NCBI RefSeq assembly: GCF_006345805.1 | Contig: NC_043010.1 | Coordinates: 59,644,001-59,708,000 of the forward strand | DNA: 64,000 nucleotides | From: Octopus sinensis | Taxonomy: Eukaryota | Reading direction: 5' to 3' | Part shown: positions 53,687-64,000 of the stretch, one piece after another | How the letters are laid out: the number at the start of each line of letters is the position of its first letter | How positions within the stretch are numbered: the stretch's first letter is position 1 | Notes under the pieces: generated by a model | What the model was told of the DNA's origin: nothing | Seen by the model: only the letters and a program-made list of their open reading frames with translations | Databases searched by the model: none | Program-made: the position numbers and the translations under genes

Positions 53687-54482
53687 TCTTATACATATAC
53701 ACACACATACTCATGAACATAGACTTCTACCTTCCCTAGTTTCTTATACAATCCACACCTCCAGACATGTTTGCTCTCATAATTTCTGGTATCATTATTG
53801 AAAATATGGAAGATCTTTTTAAGTTATCTGACCACTAAATAGTCTTTCAACTATCATTCATCCATCCATCTTCCATGACCACTATTCCTAGAAGGGTCAT
53901 TGGGTTAGAGTCCTCATTCCCCTCCTCTATAGGGTCCTATCAGAATCAAGTCTCTTTAGACCTTCTGGTTAGATCCCCAAGTGTGACTAACTGTGACTAT
54001 GGATATTATCCATTCACCTAGTTCTTGGTCTTTTCCTGTCTCCTGACGTTTGATGCAGCTTCAAAAATCCATTGTGCAATTCTTTCTTGTGACATTCTAA
54101 TCGCGTTGAATTTGAGCAGGGCCATGTATTGTTACCTTGCCTTTTCACACAATGCCATTGTGGAAGTGGTATCATGATCAGTCAGTGTAAGATTTGGTAC
54201 TACTTAGTTCCACAAAAGGTGATCTCCAGTACGCACTGAATGAGTTTACTGCAAAGCACAGGTAAGAATTAGTGTTGCAAAGACAGACATTAGTCCTCTC
54301 CAGAATGTCTTCTCACTGCACACTGCATGTTGCTAAGACAAAGTATCAAATGTTATTTCTACTTAAATAATGATTTTTAATAATAATTTTGATTTCTAAA
54401 ATAATATATCCTACTTTCAAAATATTTTTCTATTTCAGATCAACAATTTAACATCAAGAATTTAATACCACCAAAAGCAGAG

Positions 54483-57400
54483 ATGTTGTTACACCTGTGT
54501 GTTTTACTGACTTTCTTCCACTGTTTTTCAAGTGAAGATATCACATACCATGTTAAAGAAGAGAATAATCCCTATACATATGTAGGGGACATTGCTACTG
54601 ACTTACAGAAATCAGACAGCTCCTTCTTAAAGAATAAGGATTTAATTACATTTAGTCAACTGCAACAAAAGGGAGAACAATTGTTCAATGTGACGAGAAC
54701 AGGTAAACTGTACACTGTTGAGACATTGGATGCTGAGTCTGTGTGTAGTTATGAGAAAGAATGTTTTGAAATCGTTAAAGTTGCTGTTCACAAATCCAAG
54801 ACATTTATGAAGATCTTAAAGATTAAAGTCATAATAGAAGACATCAATGACCACCAACCTGAGTTTCCTCAGAAAGAAATCACACTGATCTTTGGTGAAG
54901 GTGATGGTAGAGGTATGAAGAAACCCATACCTAATGCTATAGACAAAGATAAAGGTTATCAGAACAGCTTAATCAATTATGAATTAAATGGTGGAGGTAA
55001 CTATTTTTCATTAAGTGTTTCCAGAGAAGCTGATGGCTTATCAACATTAGGAATCATTTTAGAAGAAAAATTAAACAGAGAAAAGAAGGACAATTATGAT
55101 ATTGAGGTCATTGCTAAAGATGGAGGAACTCCACCAAAACAATCTGTTTTAAATGTTAAAATATCTGTGGAAGATCAAAATGATAATCCACCACAATTTT
55201 CTCAGAGTATCTACAATGTCTCTATTGAACATAAACATAAAAAGAATATTCCAGTCGTCACATTATCTGCCAGTGATTTAGATATTGGCAGGAATGGTAA
55301 AATATCATATTATTTTAGTCGAAAAACTGATGATAAACTGAAAGAATACTTCCATCTAGATGAAAATTCTGGGAAATTATTCTTAGAAAAACCTTTAAAT
55401 CTGGATATAAAAGAGTCATTTAAATTGTATGTAAAAGCTAAAGATAATGGTATGCCTCCTCTCAGCTCCATAGCAACGGTTATAGTAAATATCATCAACC
55501 AACACAATAATCCTCCAAATATTGATGTGAACTTTATTTCTACACAGAATCACAACACAGCTACCATTCTGGAAGACATCAAAGTTGGTAGTTTCATTGC
55601 TTATGTGATGGTCACTGACAACGATGTTGGACACAATGGAGAGGTGAACTGTCATATCAAAGACGACACATTCAAACTACAGTCAATGGGATCGAAGGAA
55701 TATAAAATAGTTCTAAAGAAAGCAGTAGACAGAGAGACACAGGAACATTATCACTTTACTGTGTCGTGTGAAGATAAAGGATTACCTGCTCTGAAAACTG
55801 ATAAAGATCTGTCAATCCAAGTGTTGGATGTGAATGATGTAGAACCACACTTTACGAAAGACACATTCAAGTTCCTTACCTATGAGAATGACAAAGCTAA
55901 TTTCCCTATTGGCTTTATCAATGCTACAGACCCAGATATTGGTAAGGGAGGTGAATTGTCTTATTCTCTGAGAAATAAACAGCAATATCGTCTGCCATTC
56001 CAGATTATCAACTCTGGCTTTATTTCAACAAACCAGTCTTTAGACAGAGAACACAGAGATTTCTATGAGTTTGAGGTTTTTGTGAAAGACAATGGAAGCC
56101 CATCTCTGAATAACACAGTGAATGTTGAAGTGGAAGTATTGGATAGAAATGATAATGCTCCATATTTTACATTTCCTAGTGTTGACCCTTTCACTCTTAA
56201 TGTCCACTATCATCCGCAAAGTAAGAACGACATCACAGTTCTGAAAGCATCTGATATAGACAGTCACATGAATGCTTTTCTCAGGTATGAAATTGTTTCA
56301 GGTAACGAGAGACAGTTATTTAAACTGGATTCGTTCACTGGTGTGTTATCTTACTCTCGCACAGTTTACCAAAATGATGCCGGATCATATGAGCTTGAGT
56401 TTGTTGTGAAAGACAGTGGTACTCCAGTTCTGTCGGCAACAACTAGTGTGTCTTTGACACTGACTGTTAGTAACAAGACGTCACCAATGTTCACAGCTGT
56501 GCACCTACCAAGTGATAACACAATAGATGCGACATTGTTGATTATCATTGTAGTAGCAGCTGTGATAGTATCTATAGCTATTGTGGTTTCTATAACCCTG
56601 TGTATTGTGAGATGTAACAATGTGAGAAATAGCTCATCTGAAAGAACAGCAGAAGAGAAACAGGCATACCAATGTCGCAATGAGATGAGGCAATTGATCT
56701 ATCAAGGTAACAACAGTGTACCTGTGATGTCAGGTAATCGAGGAGAGATGTCAGACAGATATGGTCATTCGAGGAGCCATTACTATCCTGAAGACTGGAA
56801 GACATCGACAATGAGCAGAAGTCTTCAAAAGTCCACAAAGGTAAGCTTTATTTCAATGAATAAACTATTAAATTATGTTCAACTGAGAATGTTTTAGCTG
56901 AATATTTTATATTTTACAATTACTTGTAAGTTATTTGATGGCAAATGATAATCTGAGAAGATTCTACCAGGAACATCTAACATGAAGTCTTGCAATGCCA
57001 TCAGGCATTTCTACCATTTGTCAGATTCCAGACAAAATTGTGGAAACCCTTTCTTAGCAAGAATTCTGATTGTTCTGTGAGCTGTACTCTTTAAGACAAA
57101 CTGCCAAATTCTTTATTTCTTTTCTACCCATCATTGCAGTCTAAAAATATGCATGTTTGTGTGTGTGTGTACAAACACACGGAGTCCCAACTTGCATTAT
57201 CCTTCCACAAAAGTCTCTAAAATGCCATGAATACTTTCCTTGTTTAGAGTCCGCTGTAAGAGCATTATTAGCAATTGTTTCTGACTTTAGCTCTGTTGTA
57301 CTGTATAAATCTAGTAGGATACAAGGGAAAGATCATCAGGCAAAAGTGTTGTTTTTATTGCTGTGTCAGTGGAAGAATTGCAGTCCTCATGATCCTCTAT

Positions 57401-60400
57401 CAGTTTTGTAACTTGTGGTAAGATAAGTGGAAGTATAAAACCAAATAAATTTAATTACAAGAAGTATGGGTAGACTTAATGGTGAGAGTTGATGAGAGAA
57501 AGAGAGTTGAAATGATATATTTCAATTTTTATTGTCAGTATTTACAATGTGGCATTCATCTCGTTTTCTTTTCCTTTGTATCCAGATGTGATTGACAGCT
57601 TTTGAATTTCTTTTAATGTTTTATTGAATTACTTTTTAATTAGAAGTGACATCTCATGGCTGCTTGTTTTATCTAGGAACATTATCAGTTATATTTGAAA
57701 TGAACAAACGTGTACGTGTGTCTTAAATTTACTAATTGAAGTCATATAATCTTTTCTACTCTAGGCACAAGGCCTGAAATTTTTGGGGAGGGGGCCAATT
57801 TATCGACTCCATTACACAATTGGTACTTAATTTATTGACCCTGGAAGGATGAAAGGCAAAGTTGACTTCAGTGGAATTTGAACTCAGAATTTAAAGACAG
57901 ACAAAGTACCGCTAAGCATTTTGCCCAGCGAGCCAATGTTTCTGCCAGCTCACTGCCTTAAGTGATATTATAATATGTAAATGAAGGCAAGTGGCTTAGT
58001 GCTTATAGTATTTGGCTCACAGTTGTAAGGTCATGAGTTCAATTCCCAGTGACACATTGTGTCCTTGAGCAAAATACTTTAGTTCACCTTGTTCCAGTCC
58101 ACTCAGCTGGCAAAAATGTATAGTACCTGTATTTCAAAGAGCCAGCCTTGTTACATTCTGTGTCATGATGAAGCTCCCTGAGAACTGCATTAAGGGTACA
58201 CATGTCTGTGGTGTGCTCAGCCACTTGCATATTAACTTCACAAGCTGGTTGTTTCCTTGATCAGATCAAGAGGAATCCTTGTCATCATAACCAGTGGAGT
58301 GCCATTTAGTTATAATACAAAAGCAGTTAATTTTTACCAGTCATGAGTGAACGTGTAAAACCACATCAAAATTGGTAATCCCATCAAACAGGAAGCAATT
58401 TATTCAATATTAGATATAGCACTGTCAGCCATAAATGATATCTTTACATTATATCTTGTTACTATTATATTTTACAGCAGAAATACAGTCAACCCATTGA
58501 GGTGACATCTTATGGAGACAACAGACCATCTTCTCACTATCCCACTGACACATTGACCAGTCGTAAGAGTAGTGGACAGTGCTGGAGTGAGCGGTCAAGT
58601 AGACAGTATGAAGAAATACCAGCAATGTCAGGTACAACACTCTCGGCCATTTGCATTTGTTATTAATTTTATTAATTTCATTATTATAATTGTTTAATTT
58701 TCAGAATATCTAATTTCCATCATTCAGATATTATCATTATTTCTAGAATTATATCTATATTAATTACTTCTATGATAAATTAGCTGTTTCCACACATATT
58801 TCTGTGCTATTGCAGTGGTAGGTATATTTATTAATCATGTTTGGGATGGAATGACTCGAGTTTATAAATGCATTATTCACTCAGGCATCTTGTTTTGGGT
58901 TTGATGGTGAATGTTCTGTTTTGATAAACTTTCTCATTGAAACATAGTGGAAGTGAAAATTTATATTTAGACAGACTCAGTCTATGTGACAAGTCTACAT
59001 TCACTGATAAACACAGCAGTATTTTGTTACTTGTAGGAAAATTATTCTACCTGTTATCAAACCGATGTTTGAAATGTGATTCATAATTATTAAAAATGTA
59101 TTTTACTGAATGTGTGTGCCCCATGTTGCAACTCTCAGAATTTTGGGTTGTGAAAATCATAATTTCATGTATTGTGTTCGTCACAAAAGGCAAACATTTT
59201 GTATTTTGAAGTTTTGCTGTTGGATATTGTGAAGCTTCAGTAGCATCAATCATGTAAAATTAGTCATACACTGGGTGATCAGCATTTCCTATGAACAGAG
59301 CAGATGTAGCAGTACTTATAGGTTTTGGCATAGAATTTTGAAAAATCTAATTTCTTTATTTTTATTTTTGAAACTGTTTTGATTTTTATATTTTGAAATC
59401 AAATTTAGATTTTCTATAAAAGAATAAAATAGAAGAAAAAACACCAACTTTTTCTTTCATCAGAAACTGATGAAAATTAAAGGGTAATAAACTCTTTAAT
59501 ATAGTTTGTTTCCCTGCCAGCATGGAAAATGGATGCTAAATGATGATGATGATGTTGGCATTTGAAAGCAAGTTGCTTCACTTTCTAAGAATTCAAAATG
59601 TTTCAGTTTCAATTTATTCAGGATGAAGATGCAATTACGAATGCAGACAAAATACATTTATATTCTTCAGATGCAAATAATATGTGTGTGTGTGTGTATA
59701 TATATCATCATCATTTAATGTCCGTTGTCCATGCTGGCACGGGTTGGACAGTTTGACTGGGTTGGCACGCTGCTAGGTTGCACCTGACTCCAGTCTGACA
59801 TGGCATAGTTTTCAAAGGCTGAATGCCCTTCCTAATGCCAATCACTCTGAGAGTGTAATGGGTATTTTTATATGCCACTGGCATGGGTGCCATTTGCGTG
59901 ACATGGATGCTTTTGTGTACCACTGGCACGGGTGCCATTTGCATGACTCTGGGGTGTGTTTACATGCCATCAGCACGGGTGCCAATTTGTGCATGACACC
60001 GGTATCTGTCATGACTTCAATTTTGCTCAGCCTGATGAGTCTTCTTCTGAAGCACAATATAATGCCAAAGGTCTTGGTCATTGCCTCCACTCGAGGCCCA
60101 ACACTCGAAAGGAATGCAGCCACTTTGCCTCCAACACTCCAATGATATTATCATCATCATCATCACTTGACATCTTTTGTCCATGCTGGCATGTGTTTGA
60201 CCACCATCAATCTGTGATACTTTTTCTTCACAAAATAATGAAAATATGTCTCTAGGAAATAAATTTATCAAAGAACAAAATTATTTGATAATTGTAGAGT
60301 GCTATCCAAATACGATACAGCATCCAATGTGATGAAAACATTTGAATCAATGTAGAATTGTATAAGAAAAAGAGAAATAAACCAGATGTTGGTACTTGTT

Positions 60401-60918
60401 ACACACAGTTAATTTCTTATTTAATTGAGATTCTGTTTTTTTTTTTTTTTTGCATTTTTCTTAATAAGGGTTTGGACTGTTATTTAAAAATGTTCTGTTT
60501 AACATTGGTATTAGAGAAATAAGTAACAGGAAAATACTACATTGTTTTGTTTTTTCTTCATCAAAATGTTATTACTTTCAGTCCTGGAAAACATTTCTAT
60601 TTTGTTCCAAGTAAAATATTTTAGCATTTTGATCCCTTTTGAAGTGTAACATGAACATGTATTCTGACAAGCAGACTAACATTATACAATATTATTAAAA
60701 ATCTGAATGTATGCATTGTATTCATGCAATAATCTGATGGATCTCTTTACTGTCTATATGAACTATGTAGTAAGTTTATTTGAATATGTGTTTCAGGAAT
60801 CTATGGTGGTGCCCCACCCGATGTATCAAGCACCAGTGAGAGAGACCATTACCAAGACAGATATGTGAAACCTCCAGAGAGACAGTTACCTTCAACACCA
60901 GATGTTGTTGCCAGTTAA
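54483..60918 (+). CDS. Pcdh: Protocadherin G6: join(54483..56840, 58478..58631, 60797..60918), ~877 aa
   Basis: Same architecture. Large exon starts at 54439; leader donor at 50996. Introns 2 and 3 are largely unrelated to those of G1-G5. Confidence 0.92.
57755..57960 (-). mobile_element. SINE, minus orientation
   Basis: Contains GGTACTTAATTTATTGACCC..GGATGAAAGGCAAAGTTGAC..GGAATTTGAACTCAG; the reverse complement gives a B-box-like GAGTTCAAATTCC. Confidence 0.6.
57982..58300 (+). mobile_element. tRNA-derived SINE
   Basis: A-box-like TGGCTTAGTG and B-box-like GAGTTCAATTCC, then GTGTCCTTGAGCAAAATACTTT..CCAGTCCACTCAGCTG as in the 7619 SINE. Confidence 0.65.
59705..60200 (-). mobile_element. (GAT)n-tailed SINE-like repeat with internal GGCAC(A/G)GGTGCCA short repeats
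   Basis: Same family tail plus 3-4 imperfect ~30-bp internal repeats; a second tail remnant lies at ~60148. Confidence 0.6.
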
Positions 60919-61351
60919 GTGAGGCTGAGAAAGGAACACAACACAAATAATATCACCTTCAACATTCACACATTTGAAACAACACAAATATATCAGTTAA
61001 TAATACTCCCTTCATATGACTGTATTTTAGATTATGTCAGAAGGTTTCTACATATGTTGAACCATTAACAACCGTTTTAGATGTAAACAAGTGACCTATA
61101 ATACTGTTTTGATAAGTAAACCCATATTAAGGTATTGTAAGGAATTATAAATGAATGTTACTGTTTGTAAAGGACAATTAAGAATGGAAAATTTTAAATA
61201 TAAATATATAATAAATAAATTATATTATAAATATTAATATTTCAGATTATATATTTTGTAGTTGACATTTCTCCTTTAAGTTTTCAAGTGATATCCCAAG
61301 TATAAGATTTAGTTTAGAATTAGGTCAAACACACACTAACTATTATTATTG

Positions 61352-61823
61352 ATATTGTATTTACATTTTAAATTACACACACATTAACAACATCAGCCAT
61401 ATTTTGTTAATATAACCTCTCTGTTCTAAGGATTTCTATGTCAGTCTCTCTCCACATCAGACATGTTGGTGTTATATAGACTTATCATGGCTGACTGTTA
61501 GTGGAGCTGATTGTGTGTCTTCTCTCTTTCTTTTTTGCCTGATGTGAGGGGAAATATAACATTTAGTCTGAGTGAAGTTGGAGTAAGCATCACTCATCCT
61601 TCTCTCTCTCCCTCTCTTTCACACACACACACACTAAACATCACCCATCCACAAAGGAAGACTGAGAGGGAACTGCTGGTTCCCACTGACTCACCACCAA
61701 CACTATTCCATCAACATGAAGCCATTGTCACACCATAGCAGCAGTGACACAGACAACCATTAACAACAGAACATTGGGACCAAGTCACAGTTTATACAAC
61801 AAAGGATTTTACACACAATGAAG
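61352..61823 (+). promoter_or_regulatory. Conserved promoter/leader module of a seventh gene whose coding exon presumably lies beyond the window
   Basis: Same blocks A and B; donor after 61823. No cadherin exon follows within the window. Confidence 0.65.
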
Positions 61824-63234
61824 GTAAGTTTGTTATTCTATATTATTTATTTAAATTATGTGAAATAATAATTTTATGCATCACCAGATTGTAACATCAA
61901 AATGTGATATTTTAATACAGTAAAATATATTTAATGGTGGCCATATTTCATCAGTTTTAGTTTTCATTTAATGGCTTCTTTTCCAACATTGTTGTCAAGG
62001 ATTTTGTTGGAAATTATAATTTGTAGGAAAACTAAGATTGCTCAGAAACAATTGTTTAAATGCAATATATTCTCCAAACAATTCTGTCAGATCTTCACAA
62101 ATTCTTTGTAGTTCCTTTATTCCTTTCTACTTTCTAAATTCCTCTTCCTTTTTATTATTATTCTTCTGAAACATTTTTTGTAGCAGAATGTTTACCATTA
62201 TAGAGAAATGATGATGACATGTAACAGTAGAGGGAAATATCTCTGAAGAGTAATCCTGTATACTGTGGTACATATTTTATTTGTGTGTGTAGGTGTACCT
62301 CTCTGTATGTCTTTGTGTAAGATTTTGTTATATTTTATTGCATTTGTATTTTTTGGTAATTTTTTTCTTGTTTTCTTCTCATAAATTATATTATACTTTC
62401 TCTTCTCTTGTTCTCGTATGTGTAACTACGGCTAAACTAGTCATGTTCTAACTGATAAAACTATAAATTCCTCTGTTTAGACTGAATTAATTGTTTGCAT
62501 ATTTGATCTGCTCTTATTTTCTCAAATATATTTTACATAATATTAACACATGTAAATCTCTTGTAACATTCTTCCCAATTGAGGAATTGTACATCGTTTA
62601 ATCATACTGGTGGATAAATGATTTTAAATGTTTTAATTAATTTGCATAGTGAAAGTATCCAAATATGGAAGCCAGTTGAAGATGTAAATTTTCTTTGATT
62701 AAATATGTTATGTTAATTAGTGGATTAAAATTAAGACAGATTCTAATTAAATGATATTTGATGTCATATCTTTTTACAAGAGCTTGCTGATATTATGACC
62801 TGTTTTATCAGTGGTTGCAAGTCAGTGCAAAAATCAGCATTTAGGTTTCTTCACTTTCTAGAAATAGCAGCCGAATCTCACTCAAGTTATAGCCTACAGT
62901 TTTACAAATGAAAGGAGACATTACACTGTGTGTCCAAGATATTAGTCTGAAGCAAAGGATAGGATGGTCACTGCTGGAGTGTCTTCTCTATCAAAACCAG
63001 CCTGATACTGAACAGCAACATATTTTATCATGAGAATATTGATATACAGATTAGGGAGGATATAAAAGAATTCATATTAAAAAAAAATGTTAATTTCTAT
63101 TCCTGTTTCCATAGAACTGTCCTAAAACCTCTTCCTATGTTATTAACGTTTTCCCCCGTCTTGATGGTACATTCTATTATGATCTTATCTCTAACGTAGC
63201 TCTGATGTCTATGATTTATTAAAGCCTCTTGCTT

Positions 63235-63570
63235 TTTCATCAGGATGCTTGCTTTGCAACCATGTGGTTTTGGCTTCGATCCCACTGTGCATCATTTTGG
63301 GAAAGAGCTTCTAATATAGCCCTGGACTTGCTCTTGTGAATGAATTTGGTGGATAGAAATGTGGAAGCTTGTTGTGTGTGTGTGTGTCCCACCTCTTGAC
63401 AACCAATGATTGTTTATATCCTAATAACTTTACAGTTTGACAAAAGAGACTGATAGATTAAGTACCAAACACCAAAAAATTTATATTGGGGCCGATTTGT
63501 TTGTCTTAACCTTTCAAGGCTATACCCCAGCATGGCCGCAGTCCACTTATTGAAACACTTCAAAACAAAG
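63235..63570 (+). mobile_element. Decayed tRNA-derived SINE
   Basis: B-box-like GGCTTCGATCCC, internal (GT)n and 3' region ..GCATGGCCGCAGTC. Confidence 0.5.
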
Positions 63571-64000
63571 TGATAAAAATGGTCAGACATTTGTAGGTAT
63601 CATTTAATCATAACATAAAATTATAACAATAATTTCTGACTTCATCCTCTTAGATTCACCTATTTATGTCTCCCTAAGCAAGTTACTTAAGAAAAATTAT
63701 AGTTTTTTAAAAACCATAGTTATATATATATATATTGAAGCCTAGTAAAAGAAAAATATTTTCTAACGTCGCATGAATCTTATCCAAGGGAGCTAACTAT
63801 AGAAATTACAATGCACTGTTTCCTGTCAGATTTTACAGCATGGTTTTCCATGGAAACCACATTTCTTGTTATTTTGCCCTGAGCACATGAATTCTCGTAT
63901 TTTTCTCGAATCCTCTTACCTATATTCATGTCAGATTAAAAAGAAAATATGGTATGATGATTTCTTTATGCAGTTTTTGGAAAGTATTTTCAAAATAAAG

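Overview
AT-rich animal genomic DNA, most likely a coleoid cephalopod such as an octopus. This is inferred from the tandem protocadherin array and the repeat content, not from a database search. The window holds six complete head-to-tail protocadherin genes (G1-G6, + strand, about one per 10 kb) plus the leader of a seventh. Each gene has a non-coding leader exon, one large exon (signal peptide, EC1-EC6, TM, start of the tail) and its own two small tail exons (154 and 122 nt of CDS). The spliced products are 876-877 aa, which the ORF track does not show. The main signal is modular evolution. EC1, EC4-EC6, TM, the tail exons and two non-coding leader/promoter blocks are almost identical at nucleotide level, while EC2 and the distal two-thirds of EC3 are hypervariable and patchwise shuffled. 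This matches the EC2:EC3 specificity and EC1:EC4 constant geometry known for vertebrate clustered protocadherins. The spliced tail carries textbook Src-family SH2 (QYEEIP) and class I SH3 (RQLPSTP) ligands. G2+G3 and G4+G5 form a ~20.2-kb tandem duplication. Introns carry an intact Buster/SPIN-like hAT transposon with perfect TIRs and TSD, a tRNA-Asp fused to a SINE, decayed RTE LINEs (one 5'-inverted), several SINEs and a ~490-bp foldback. All counts were made by eye; no alignment or search was run.
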